Assembly: GCA_963790545.1 (NCBI GenBank)
Contig: CAWBPA010000007.1
Coordinates: 17,668 to 81,667, forward strand
DNA from: Vicinamibacterales bacterium
GTDB taxonomy: Bacteria; Acidobacteriota; Vicinamibacteria; Vicinamibacterales; JAMQPK01
Direction: 5' to 3'
Length of the DNA stretch: 64,000 nt
Both the position numbers and the translations under genes were made by a program. The notes beneath the pieces are model-generated. The model had not been told where the DNA came from. It saw only the letters and a list, made by a program, of their open reading frames with translations, and did not search any database. How positions within the stretch are numbered: the stretch's first letter is position 1; every line of letters starts with the position of its first letter. This document shows, in pieces, positions 36,291 to 48,450 of this stretch.

Positions 36291-36557
36291 GCCACGTCGC
36301 CAACGGCGGTCGTCGTCGATTGACGAGGACATGTCACTTCGGCACCGCTCATGCTCGCGACACCCCGAACAAGGTATGTGTCGCTCGCGCCGGCCTGCCT
36401 TCGGACATGTCCTCGCCAATCGACTGAAACGACCGGTCTCCGATTGGCGTTCGCCCGCTTGAGTAGCGCTGTGCGACGGGCGTAGCGTCCGGCTTCCGCC
36501 TTCGCATAAAGCTTCGGCGGACCGCCATAGCCTTGGCGACGGCGGTTAGCCGGACAT

Positions 36558-37499
36558 CTAGTGATCCCATGAGGCCGCGGTGATTCTGTCCGAAGGCCCG
36601 GCTGGCTCGATCAGGTCAAGCGCGAACCGCATACGCCGCAACAGGACGCCATGGTCGCGACAGATGCCGCTGATCATGGCAGTCTGGTCCGCTGGAAGTC
36701 GCGAATCGCAATCAGAAAAGTGGAAATTTCGCGACGCTCGAGAAGTGGCTGGCAGATCCACGATGCTGCCGACGACGCGCACGCCTTCGATGTTCCAGCG
36801 ACGCTTGGTCGGATCGTCGTCGATGAATCCCGCCGGCGTCAGTCCGATATCCGGGTTCTGAAGCAGCTCGCGAACGAGCAGGTGTCCCCCCTTCCCCGCC
36901 CCGTATATCAAGGCTTTGCTGCCACGCGTGCGCCGTTTGCGGAGATATTCGTCTGCCTTCGTGATCATCACTCGAGAACACACCAGCAAAAAGGCGAGGA
37001 TGGCGCCATCGGTCACGAACACGCCGCGCGAGAACCCGACGAACCGGTAGAGATACACCAGCAGGAGAACCGACGCCGCCAGGCCAAGAACCAAACCCTT
37101 CAGGATGGTGATGAGCTCTGGTGATCCGAATGTTGAGCTTGCCTGGCGATACTTGCCAACCCACCAGAGGCTGGCCAGTTGCGCGGCCACCACGAGTGGA
37201 AACGACCTCACAAAATAGGGGATGAACTGCGAAAATTGCGGCTCCGCAAAACGAATGCTGAACGCCGCGTAGTACGCGAGAACGATCAGGCCAACGTCCA
37301 GCAGGACTTCGTAGACCCGATATCGGTACGTCAGCTCAGACACGAGCGGCGTCTGTGAACTGGCATCTTCTTCAGCCGCGTCCGCTTCCGATGGATTGAC
37401 ATGACCTAACACGATGCCGAGCCCCATCAGAAGCAGCGTATACAGGCCTGTCAGCGTTGCCGCATAGCGGAGGCTGAGATACTGGAAGCTTAGCGCCAC
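36558..37499 (-). CDS. N-terminal 4-TM + Rossmann-like module of a CapD/PglF/WbaP-type polysaccharide biosynthesis protein; the catalytic C-terminal domain is absent
   Basis: TM helices, then KALIYGAGKGGHLLVRELLQNPDIGLTPAGFIDDDP...VRVVG. At 313 aa it is much shorter than full-length family members. Confidence 0.45.
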   Translation of the reverse strand: MALSFQYLSLRYAATLTGLYTLLLMGLGIVLGHVNPSEADAAEEDASSQTPLVSELTYRYRVYEVLLDVGLIVLAYYAAFSIRFAEPQFSQFIPYFVRSFPLVVAAQLASLWWVGKYRQASSTFGSPELITILKGLVLGLAASVLLLVYLYRFVGFSRGVFVTDGAILAFLLVCSRVMITKADEYLRKRRTRGSKALIYGAGKGGHLLVRELLQNPDIGLTPAGFIDDDPTKRRWNIEGVRVVGSIVDLPATSRASRNFHFSDCDSRLPADQTAMISGICRDHGVLLRRMRFALDLIEPAGPSDRITAASWDH

Positions 37500-38381
37500 G
37501 CCCCTCCGATCGCAGCCAGACAGTAAAGGAGGAATACGGCCTCACGCTCAGTGGCTCCCAACCGCACAAGGCGGTGCGAGCTGTGGTCCCGTCCGCCCAC
37601 CATCGCGCGGCGGCCTGCGAGTCGCCTCGTCAGCGTCACGAGGAAGGTGTCGAAAATTGGCACCAGCAGAATGAGCAACGGGACGAGCAGAATCGAGACA
37701 AGCTCAGTCTTCAAGCCCGGCATCGACAGAAGACTGACACCGGCCAAAAACGACCCGATGAAATGACTGCCCGAGTCGCCCATGAAGATGGAGGCCGGCC
37801 GGAAGTTGTAAATAAGAAACCCAATCATCGCGCCCACGAACGCGGCAAGGGCCACAGCCGTCGCGCTCTCCGCAGTGGCGAGCACGATCAGATAGAACGT
37901 CCCCCCGATAGCGGCAACACCCGCCGCCAGGCCGTCGATGTTGTCGAGCAAGTTGAACGCGTTGGTCATGCCGACGATCCATGCGAAGGCCAGAACCAGG
38001 TCGAGGACCGGAAGCCCGGTGATGTTGAATTGGCAGCGCGTAGTAAATCGCCACCGCTGCCACAACCATCTGACCGACGAACTTCGTGACGGGCCTGAAG
38101 CCGCCGTAAATCGTCCACCACGCCGAACGCGAACATCAGTCCGGAGCAGACCAAAAGTGGGAGAGCGGCCGAAGCTCAGCCGTAACAGCGACCCCAATGA
38201 CAGTGGCGGCGGCCATGGCGACTCCACCAAGCAGCGCCACCGGTTGCCGGTGCCAGCGATCTCGCTGCGGGTAGGACAGAATCTGATAGTGAGAGGCGAT
38301 TGACCGAACTAGAGGGGTGAGGATTGCGGCGGCTGACAAAGGCGATGCCAAACGGTACGAGATCTCAATCGCCCGTAGCAC
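37490..38381 (-). pseudogene. WecA/MraY-family polyprenyl-phosphate HexNAc-1-phosphate transferase (GT4 family), at least 3 frame breaks
   Basis: The gene is spread over four frames. Pieces include RDRWHRQPVALLGGVA (38136..38381), GVVDDLRRLQ (37966..38154), and NAFNLLDNIDGLAAG and IFMGDSGSHFIG (37490..38230). Confidence 0.65.
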
Positions 38382-38613
38382 GGCGATACTGTACCGCAGC
38401 GGGTCGCTTTAGGAAAGAGGCCGTCGCGTCTCGGATTGACTGAGTTGGATCACCGGAATAGACTCAAGATTCAAGATGTCGCGACTTGTCTGTGATTCGA
38501 CAGTGAAGAATAGTCCCTCGACTTCAGCTGATGTCCCCTCGCGAACCTCTGGAAATGACGAGCCGCGCCACGGCGGCCCCCGAGCCTGCTCGTGGGGATG
38601 AGCCGTCCGGACC

Positions 38614-39764
38614 ATGCCGTCGCCCACCGTATCGGTTCTGGTTCTCAACCTCAACGGCTGTGAGCATCTGAAATCCTGCCTGCCCACGCTCGAAGCCCAG
38701 ACCTATCCGAGGAATCGTTACGAAATTGTCGTCGTGGATAACGGTTCCACCGACGACTCGCTCGCCTTCGTTCGAGACGCGCCATCCCGACGTCCGCATC
38801 ATTTCGTACAGTTCGAATCGAGGTTTTGCCGAGGCCTACAACGCCGCGGCAGCGCTCTGTCAGACCGAATTCGTCGCGTTCCTGAACAACGATACCCGCG
38901 TGGCCCCAGGCTGGCTCATGGAACTCATGGCAACCGCGAATCGACATGGCGCAGCCTGCGCCGCCTCCAGGATTCTGGACTGGACCGGCGAGCGCATCGA
39001 CTTCGCTGGCGGGTACGTTTCGTTCCTCGGTCATTCCTGGCAGCGGGACGCAGGCCAGCCAGCAACGAAAGAGTATGGGGAAGATCGGCTGCTGTTTGCC
39101 TGCGGTGGGTCCATGCTGGTCAATCGCGCCACGTTCCTTGATGCCGGCGGCTTCGACCCTCAGTTCTTTGCCTATTTCGAGGACGTGGATCTCGGTTGGC
39201 GATTGTCATTGCTGGGACACACGACCGTGTTCGCGCCCGCTGCGGTAACGTATCACCGGTTGCACGGTACTGCGGGGCGATGGGCCGCGGCACCTCGCCT
39301 TCGACTGTACGAACGCAATGCGCTCATGATGATCTACAAGAACTACGAGCGCGAGACGCTCGCCCGCGTCTTCCCGGTGGCGGTGGCGCTGGCGCTTGCC
39401 CGCGCGTGCGCTCACACGGCGCTCGATCCCCGAACCTTCGAGTTCGGCAACAGGATTCCGGATCGGGTGCCTGTGTCGCCCCGCACAATTGCCCAGCTGA
39501 TTGGCCTCGAGGATTTCGCGTGTCAACTTCCCCTCCTCGCCGAGAAACGGCAGGAGATTCAGCGACGCCGGCAGCGCACTGACCGAGAGCTATTTCCGCT
39601 TTTCTCGGATCCTTTGCGGCTGCATGACATCGACACCCAGTACGAAGCAGACTGCACGCTCGCTGATTGCGGAGTTCGAGATAGACAAATGGTTTGGCGC
39701 GACGCGAGCCGTATCGCGATGCCTCCAGTCGGTCACCAGCCGTGGGACGTCGACGTCGATATCA
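38614..39764 (+). pseudogene. Family-2 glycosyltransferase module 1 (paralogue of 39765..41253; may be one two-domain protein with it), at least 2 frame breaks
   Basis: VSVLVLNLNGCEHLKSCLPTLEAQTYP..EIVVVDNGSTDDS (ORF 38614..) is followed by NRGFAEAYN, FLNNDT, YFEDVDLGWR and RLYERNAL (ORF 38726..). It then shifts into the frame of ORF 39501... Confidence 0.6.
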
Positions 39765-41253
39765 ATGAGCGGGCTCGACCGGCCCGTCGAGGAAGTGGGT
39801 CAGCCGGGCGAATTCGATCGCCCACTCGTGACGGTTGTCATTCTCGTGGCGGGTACGCCGGTTCATCTTCCCGAATGCCTGGCGTCGTTGCGCACGCAGA
39901 CCTATCCGGCCGAGAGTCGCGAAGTCATTGTCGTTGACAATGGATCGGTCGAGGATCCAACGGCAGTGGTTGAAGCGGACTATCCCGGGGCACGCGTGAT
40001 CAGAAACGCGACGAACCTTGGCTTCGCCGCCGGCAACAACATAGGCGCCCGTGCGGCAAGAGGGAAGTTCGTCGCGTTTCTCAACGACGACACGAGGGCA
40101 CATCCTGACTGGCTAATGCGGCTCGTCACGACGGTTCAACGTCGTCGCGTGGCATGCGTGGCAAGCCAGATCCTTACGTGGGATGGTCAGCACATCGATT
40201 TTGCCGGCGGTTCGTCAAACTTCGAGGGCAAAGGCTTTCAGAGCGGTTACGGGCGGCCCGCAGGCTGCAACTTCCGAACAGCCGTTGCTCTTCCCTTGCG
40301 GCGCGGCCATGCTGGTGGACCGCGAGACGTTCCTCAACGCCGGCGGCTGGGACGAAGGGACGTTCGCGTACTACGAGGATGTCGAGCTCGGCTGGCGCTT
40401 GTGGCTGTTGGGCGAGGAAGTCTGGCTCGTGCCACAGGCCACCGTTTTTCATAAACACCACGGGACCTCGGGCCGATGGAGCGAGGTGTCGCGTGTTCGC
40501 TTGTACGAACGTAACGCGCTACGCATGCTCTACACCCATCTGGAGCGTGAGAACCTCGAACGCGTGCTGCCCGCAGCGCTGCTGCTTTCAGCCGACCGCG
40601 TCCTGCTCCATGCCGGCTTTGGTCGCGACGGTCGGGAGCATGAGTGGGACGGAACCTTGCCGATCGCGAGACCAGGCATCCTCCGACGGCTGATCGCCGC
40701 CTCGCGCGCTTTGCCGCTCTCCTTCAAACGGGAACTTGTGGCCCGGGGTGCAGTCAAATATCTGTCCGCCTCTGAGAACCTGAGCCGCGTCGGTGTGCGG
40801 GGTCTCTTGGGTGCGGCAAGAGCGGCAATTCGGACCGCTCCACTCCGCCAGGACCCACGACCGTGCGGGTTCGAACCTCGTACCTGATTGAACGTGGGGC
40901 GCAGGACCCGGTTTTCGATCGGTCCAGTGAGCTGATTCCGGCGACTTCTGGTGCCGGGATTGGTGGGATTGACAGAGTTTCTGGAGAGTTTGCCGCAGCT
41001 CGAGCAGCGACGAACCTGGTTGCAGGCGCGTCGCCGACGCAGCGACCTCGACATCCTCGGGCGCTTCAATCAGCATTGGCTGTCCCACTCTCCAGCCGCT
41101 CGCCAGCAACCGCACGACGAGCTGCAGAAGCTCCTTGTCGAGACGTTCCGCATCGCCGAGATTGCTGGTATCCACGCGACCAGACAGTCCGTTGGTGCGG
41201 AAAGCGCGTCGTACAGGCCGAACGGTAGACCAGCGCTGAAACGGGTTCCCTGA
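39765..41253 (+). pseudogene. Family-2 glycosyltransferase module 2, at least 3 frame breaks
   Basis: VTVVILVAGTPVHLPECLASLRTQTYP..EVIVVDNGSVED, NLGFAAGNN and FLNDDT (ORF 39501..40454); YYEDVELGWR and RLYERNAL (40183..40887); tail in 40863.. and 40951..41253. Confidence 0.6.
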
Positions 41254-41255
41254 TC

Positions 41256-43576
41256 TTGTCACTAACTGCTTCGCTCAGGCGCGTCCTCAACAGGTCGCCG
41301 ATAGCTCTGCTTCGAAGCGGAATCGAGCGAGTGTGCTTCCATCGCCTGCTGCTTCGAGAGCTGCACGTCGTCGAGCAGCAGACGACCGGGTCGAGCCGAG
41401 GCCGCGATCCGGTGGATGGGGCCCGTCACCGTTGACGGCGTCGCTCGGGAAGGACTTTCCTGTCCTCTGAACTCGGATCTGGAGTTCCACGTAACCAACT
41501 GGTCCCAAGGCCGCATCGTGGTCTGGTGTTCTCTGTTGCCCGACGCGGGGGCCGAGGACTGCGGCGAAGTCGAGTTTCGCATGACAGTGCGCACGGCCGA
41601 TGGAGACTGGGAACGAACGACATCGCTGCGGACCGGGCCACGTCGGGAGTGGGCGAAATCAAACGTGGCGGCGCTTGCATGTTCCGCTGGCCGGATGGGA
41701 TCGGGATCTTCATGTGCACCTTTCAACCCAGGTGCCACCCGGCGTGGCAGGCGGCTCCGCCCGTGTTGTCTGGGGTGATCCACGGGTCGAACGTTGGCGA
41801 CCGGCCGGTGAACTCTTGAGTTCTTTCTTGGCTTCCATTCGTTTGATGGGATTGAGAGGCACGTTCAGGCGCCTCCGACAGCTCGGCGCCCAAAGTGACG
41901 ACAACCTGACATATCAGCGCTGGCTCGCCCGCAACACCCTGACGGCTGAAGATCTTCGGCAGATGGCGGCAGAGGCGTTCCAGTTCACCTATAGACCGAA
42001 AATCAGCATCGTAACGCCAGTGTACAACACCGATCCTCGATGGCTACAGGCGTGCATCGACTCGGTGCGGCGTCAGGTCTACGAGGATTGGGAACTCTGC
42101 CTCTGCGACGACGGCTCGAGCTCTGAAGCGACGGTGAATGTACTGCGACAATCTGCCTCCGATCCCCGTGTGCGCATCGTCCGCCTGGAGTCGAACCAGG
42201 GTATATCCGTTGCATCGAACGCGGCGCTTGCCATGGCCACAGGCGAATTCGTCGCCATGCTGGATCACGACGATGTGCTTGCCCCGGAGGCTCTTTATGA
42301 GGTGGTGAGATTCCTCAACAATCAGCCGGCTGCGGACATGATCTACAGCGACGAGGACAAGCTCGACCAGAGCGGTCGGCGTTGCGACCCGCACTTCAAG
42401 CCCGACTGGTCGCCGGACTATTTCCTCACCTGCATGTACACGTGCCACCTCATGGTGCTCCGCACCAGTCTTGTGGCAGAGGTTGGTGGCTTCCGTGCCG
42501 GGTACGAGGGCTCGCAGGACTACGATCTCGTTCTGCGGGTCATGGCGAGAACGTCGACGGATCCACCACATCCGGAAGGTTCTGTATCACTGGCGCAAAG
42601 TGAAAGGTTCCGCCGCCGAATCAGGCCTGTCAAAGCCATGGGCGGTCGATGCCGGCCGTCGAGCGATCGTGGATTATGCAATGCGGGCTGGCGTGGACGC
42701 TGCGGTCGAGCCGGGCGCTGGGCCCGGGCAGTATCGCCTGCGCCATCGTGTGCGGTCGCGCCCGCTCGTCTCGATTCTCATGGTCGGTGCCGACGCTCGG
42801 CGACCAATCGGCGCTTCTGATACGGTTTCCCTGCTGCGCTGCGTGCGCCGTCTGCAAAAGACCACGTACGACAACTACGAAATCATCGTGGTGGATGACG
42901 GCAGCCTGCCCGACACGACTCGCGCCGCGCTGCACACCGATCCGCAGCCGCCCGGTAACCTGTCCATCAAGCAGATCTGGCCGGCCGCGTGAACTTTGGT
43001 GTCTGCGAAGCGCGCGGGACACACCTCGTCATTTGCTGCGATCTGGTAGAGGTCATCAAGCCCGAGTGGCTCACCTCGCTGCTCGAGTACTCCCAACTGC
43101 CGGCCGTAGGCGCAGTCGGCGCCAAGCTTCTGTATCCAGACGGCCGCATTCGTCACGTTGGTCTTCTGCTTGGTGTTGGCGGCATTGCTGCGCTGCCATT
43201 CCACGGGCTGCCCGGATGGTCGCCAGGGTACATCTCGAGTGCGGTAAGTATCCGGAACTACTCGGCGGTGAGCGGTTCGTGCATGATGACTCGTCGTGCG
43301 GTGTTCGACGAAGTGGGGGGATTTCAGTCGACGTTCGGAGCGGATTTTACCGACATCGACTACTGCCTGCGCGTGCAGGCGGCCGGCTACCGGATCGTCT
43401 TCACGCCTTACGCGGAACTCCGCTACCGCGGCCCCGATGCCGGGGCGTTCATCACAACGAATGGGCAACCGGCGGAGGAGATGAGGCGTGTCTGGGCAGA
43501 TGTCCTGGCCAATGATCCTTACTACAACCCGAATCTCACCCGTGAGTTCCTCGACTATCGACCGCGGCTGGATTAG
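41256..43576 (+). pseudogene. Large glycosyltransferase with an N-terminal unknown domain and two GT2 domains, at least 4 frame breaks
   Basis: ISIVTPVYNTDPRWLQACIDSV...CDDGS...LDHDD...YSDEDK (41600..42820). VSILMVGAD...EIIVVDDGS (42471..42992). AVGAKLLYPDGRIRHVG...DIDYCLRV (42989..43576). The start is uncertain (TTG 41256). Confidence 0.6.
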
Positions 43577-44247
43577 CCCGCCTTCCGCATCACCAGCAAA
43601 GTCTCAGGACCGTTCCGCTGAAAGAGCTCGAGCTCGAACGGCAGCTGCTTGTTGAGCTTGTGGACGAGCTCCATCAATTCCACAGCTCCCCACACGTGAT
43701 AGTGAATGCTGTAGTCGATGCTCATCAGGTGTCGTACTTCTTCATCTACCTGATCTTCCCGCTCGCGCTTGTTGACAAGCCGGCTCCACTCCTCGAAATG
43801 CTCGCGCTTTGACCAGGCGGGGCCTTCAGTAAAGTCGCGCATCACGTGGTCGATCGGCGTACAGGGCCGATCAACGTCAAACGTGAACCGCTTGTCCGGG
43901 AACCGCCATATAGAGAATGCCGCCGATCTTCAGGGTGCGGAAGAGATTCTGAAACGCCAGGATTGGGTTTTGGCAGTGCTCGATGAAATGATTGGCAATC
44001 ACGAAGTCCTGAGTGGCGTCCTGAATACTCTGCAGCGTTTCGCCGTCGTCGATGATGTCGGTTTCGACCAGTCGAAATTCTGATAGCTCGACGTACTGCT
44101 TGCGCAGATCTGCTGCGGACATCCGATCGACGTACTTGACCTTCACCGTCGGGAGGTACTTGCGAGCGGTTGGTGAAGTGCACCAATTTCGAGCCCTGCT
44201 CCCCGAAGAAACGTGGCCGCAACCGACTTGCGCACGTCGCGGATCAT
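43573..44247 (-). pseudogene. Class I SAM-dependent methyltransferase, 2 frame breaks (about 44152 and about 43887)
   Basis: MIRDVRKSVAATFLRGAGLEIGALHQPL / KYLPTVKVKYVDRMS...ANHFIEHCQNPILAFQNLFRTLKIGGILYMAVP / DKRFTFDVDRP...HFEEW. The reading cccggacaag needs cccgacaag to stay in frame. Confidence 0.65.
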
Positions 44248-44377
44248 GTCTTCTGGTCGTGTCAGTCCGCGAACCCGATCGCGACCAACCCGGCTTTTAA
44301 GGAAGGTAGTTACGTCGCACCGGCAGAGACGCCCGTACCGCCAGGGAGTGACATCTTCTCGCCGATCTTACACCGGT

Positions 44378-47036
44378 TCACTTCTCGGTTTGATCGATGC
44401 CCTCAGGGATGATCACCCGCACGACTCGCATCTGGTTGAAGGTTCCCGTCAGTGTGCTCCGCGCGTACACCACGAGGTCGTAAGTGCCTGCGCCTAGTCC
44501 CGGACGTTCAGACCATAGCCGGAGTTTGTGAACCGACTACCGAAGAATCCACCAACGTCTGGCCGAACGCACTCCCATACGTGCCTAGACCAAGGAAAAA
44601 CGGCGAGCCGCCGCACCGCGATAGGCCCAGGCGTGAATCGTGTCGCACCCGTTCCCCCACTGGACACCACGATCGCTGCCCCGTGCCCCAGTATCACGAG
44701 ATACCACGTGCCATTGGACGGGCCGAAAGGGGCGATGTCGGTCTTGCCGTCGCGGTAAGTCCCCGGGAACGGGCTCGACGCTCCCGTTCCGGCCATTGGA
44801 CGCCCGCAGCGGTCCACCGTCCCGGGTAGCACGGATACCAGGTGCCGAATCGGAACGGCCAGAAAGACCGCGATGTCGGTCTTCCCTCACCGTGGCGATC
44901 CCCGGGAACGGTGGCGTCGCGCCCGTTCACCCCACTGGAAGCCGCCGGTCGGTCGCCGGTGCACGAGATCGCCCAAAACCACGGTGCCATTGGACGGGCG
45001 AAAGACCGGGATATCGTCTTCATCGCCGTCGTAATCCCCGGGAACGGCACGACGATCCGTGCCCCATTGAAAGCCACGGCGGTCCCCGTCGCCGAGGCGC
45101 GCGAGATACCAGGTGCCGTTAGACGGGCGGAAGACCGCCACGGTGATGCCGTCACCGTCGTAAATCGCCAGGCAAACGCAGGCACGTCGCTCCCGTTGGC
45201 CCCATTGCAACGCCTGCGGAGGTCTGCGGGCCGCAACGGGCTGGGCATATACATGAATGGTGCCATTCTGAGCCGGGCGAAAGACCGTGATATCGGCCCT
45301 GCCGTCGCCATCGAAATCGCCGTTCCCGCGTCCTGGCGGCGCTGTTCACCCGAACGGGGCGTCCGAATAGCTGCCGGCAGGCTGGATTCCGTCATTGGCC
45401 TCCGCGTAGATGTAGTACTCGCCGGGGGAGAGTCCGGCTGTATTCCACACGACTGCCCAGCCCCGATTGGGACGGAAGCGATCGCCGTCTTCCCATTCGA
45501 CGGGTTAAGGTCGTATCCCAATACAACGTGACGGTCGTAGCTGTCGCCGTCGGCGTCGGAGCCGGTGAATCTGATCGTGTAGGTCCCTAAGCGAAACAGG
45601 CTTGGCCGTCAGCTTGATGTCATCGATGTGAAACGTCCGCGCTGTGCTGAACTCGTGGGGATCCAGCCGAAAAATGCGCTTGTGGGCGGCCGACCAGATC
45701 TCGGCGGCTCCAGTCGCTTCGAGCCCTCCATCGGGCGCAGCCGATAACGTCGCGAGATCGATGGTGTAGCTGTTCGTTCCTGCCCAAACAAGATATCCCG
45801 CGAGGTCGTTGCCGTAAACGATCGAGCCACGGGCCCGAGGTCCAGAAGAGTCGCGCCACGGAGCCCAATGCCAGGTCGAACGGTCCGTCAATCCGTAGGC
45901 GATAGGTCAGATATCTGAATTCGACGTATCAATCGGGGTCGCGTTGTTGGTAGTGTAAGAAGGGCACATTTGGATCGGCGTTCGTGTTGGTCGCGTGCAT
46001 CTCACCGTCGAAAGACACGTTCGTGATGCCGCCGCTGGCGGCCAGTTGAACATCCTCGGGTCCGTCCATGTCCCACGGATTCCCCAGCACGCTGGTCGCG
46101 TAATCTTCGCCAGTGACACGTGAGGGATCGGTGACTCGAATCGCCGGCGGGTTGTTGATGCTGAAGGCCTGGATCGCCTCAGCGGCGCCGACGCGTACGC
46201 GCAGTCGATAATTCCCCGGTGGCAGAACACCATAGTTCCAGTTGAAGCCAGTTGACGGCACCGGTCGCGACAGTAAGGATGACCGTCGGGCCTGCCGAAT
46301 CCAGCACCTCGATCGTGGCCCCGCCACCGCCGGTCCATTGAATCACCTGCATTGCCGCGCCCGGCGCGTTGTCGGCCGCGGTCAGCCGTACCCAGTCGAA
46401 GAAGACCTGGTGACCGGCATGCGCATGATTTGGATCAATCCGAAGACCTCGCGGCATGCCGGCTGTCCAAGGCGTGTCCTGGCTTGCCTGGGTCAGATCT
46501 GCGACGTAGACTTTGAAGCCCGCAGACCGCCGTTTCCATGAAGCGGAGGCCGAAGCCTGGGTCCGCTGGATCGGCTATTGGCGAATGAAACCAGTACACG
46601 TGCGGAACCTCGCCTGCCAGTCCGAACTCATGCGAAACGCGAGCTTGCGGTATCGGTTCGTATCGATGGGAAAATTGCGCCCGTTCTTGCCTGGATTGAT
46701 GAGCCCCCAATAGCCCCGGTGCAGGAATGAGATCGAAGTGTCAGCCGCTCCGCCGGGGGTCAGGGCCGTCGTTCCTCCGGCCAACCCGCCCGAAACACTG
46801 AAGGTCGCCCAGTGGCCGGTCTCATAAGGACTGAGCCCGATGTCAGCGGCATTGCTCATGTCCCAGGGATCGCCTAGCACTTCAGTCGCGTAGTCGGGGC
46901 CGGCTGCGAGACGAGTGGGAAAGTTCTGGATCACAACTTGAGCGCCAGCCGGTGAGGCGACGACTAATCCAGCTATCGTCATCGCCACCGCAACCGCCAG
47001 TCGGCCTCGAAGGTTCACGTTATTGAAGAGGCGCAC
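44378..47036 (-). pseudogene. Large secreted protein: two 'DYATxVLGxPWDM' domains plus a C-terminal FG-GAP/VCBS-like repeat array; at least 6 frame breaks
   Basis: A signal peptide opens ORF 46575..47036. Fragments follow in ORFs 46179.., 45929.., 45505.., 44887.., 44585.. and 44494... ([18 protein letters not shown]) units recur. The final segment ...GAGTYDLVVYARSTLTGTFNQMRVVRVIIPEGIDQTEK stops at 44378. Confidence 0.55.
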
Positions 47037-47242
47037 CGATTGGATCCTTCCTTTTGGATGGCATGCTCAAGACCGCACAAGATTTCATGACTCGTATCGT
47101 CAGATTGGCTCTGAACCGGATGGACGGAGCAACACCTGGGCCATGTTCTTTGCTGCCGAAATCCTTTTGAACAGGGGCCACCGTGACTCCCCAGGACGCA
47201 CATGCTGGTGCATGAATTACACGATTGTTCGAGGTGGGCGAG

Positions 47243-47864
47243 CTACGGCCGCGACGTGTCGGGCGGGACAGCCGCGGCATGGATGCCGAGTGCCGGGCCA
47301 AGGACGCTCAGGAGTTTCTGCGTGGCCTGGCTCACCGATTCACGATCGGTGTGAATGACTGCATCGGGCGCGTTCGGGGGCTCATACGGATCGGAGATGC
47401 CCGTAAAGCGATCGAATCTCCCCAGCCAGCGCCTTGCGATAAAGGCCTTTCACGTCCCTGCTGATGAGCGTTTGCAGCGGTGCTGTGACGAAGACTTCCA
47501 GGAACGTAATCCCAGATTGCTCTGCCGATCGTCGAACCTCTCCGCGAGTTTCTGAATACGGAGAGATCGCTGCAACAACCACCAGGACCCCATGAGAAGC
47601 AAGCAATCGTGCGACAAACCCAATCCGCCGCACATTGATGTCGCGGTGGTCCTTCGTGAATCCAAGTTCGCTGGCCAGGTGCATCCGGATGCTGTCGGCG
47701 TCGAGGACCCCGACGGAGAGACCTCGCGTCCGCAGTTCACCCGAGAGCGCGGAGGCCAAAGTCGGATCTTTGCCCGCACCTGAAAGGCCTGTCAGCCAGA
47801 TGATGCTACCGCGAGGGCGGAGAGGACTGACTGTTTCCGACATGGGCGTCGGCGTATCCACCAT
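47243..47864 (-). CDS. Adenylylsulfate (APS) kinase, one frameshift near 47405 and a non-canonical Walker A
   Basis: [65 protein letters not shown], then in another frame [11 protein letters not shown]. The P-loop reads GAGKDPT instead of G[SA]GKST. Confidence 0.75.
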
Positions 47865-47983
47865 AGTCTGCCTTTCACGATGCTCACGAAGGCCCGGTCC
47901 TGGCTCGGCAAAGCCTTTGACCAGTCGTCACCAGCAGCGTATTGTAAAGTCCCTAAAATGGCTCTGCACACGATGCTGGATAT

Positions 47984-48450
47984 TTGGCGATGCCGGTACG
48001 GCTAGAGCGATGCCGGCTGGGCTGGACGGCGGCGGCTATCGACGTGCTAGTTGCGCTCGCGTGCTACATCGCGGCGTATCGCCTGCGCTTTGAGGGTCCA
48101 GACTTCGCTCGGTTTTTCTTTCTGGCGCTCCGCGTATTCCCTCATGATGGCCGGCCTTCACGTGGGGGGCGCTTGCACTGCTTCAACTCTATAGTGCCCG
48201 CAGTCAACGAGTGTGGCCAGTTCGTCTGATCGCGGGCACCATCGTCGGTGCGATCCTGGGCTTTGCGTCGGCAGGGGCCCTTGTCGGGCTCGAGGGTCTG
48301 TCCCGCCAGGCGACGCTCGGCTACGTCTTGATGCTCGTGCTCGCCGGGCTCGCGTGGAGGTCGGCAATCGGGCTTTGGACACGTGTGATCGTGCTGCGCC
48401 GCCCGCTGGAAGGCGACGATTTGGAGATACGTGGCGAACATTTCCGCTCG
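47984..48450 (+). pseudogene. Remnant: 4-TM N-terminal module of a CapD/WbaP-type protein (paralogous to 36558..37499), truncated before the Rossmann domain
   Basis: IDVLVALACYIAAYRLRFEG (47984..) continues, with one frame break, as LLQLYSARSQRVWPVRLIAGTIVGAILGF...LAWRSAIGLWTRVIVLRRP (frame of 48211..). It runs straight into wzm. Confidence 0.45.

Noticed and set aside
38614-41253. Calling GT2 modules 1 and 2 definitively as one two-domain protein
   Set aside because: The frame of ORF 39501..40454 is open across the junction, which is compatible with a fusion. An ATG at 39765 could also start a separate gene, and unresolved frame breaks around 39650 prevent a decision. I report them as two features with this caveat.
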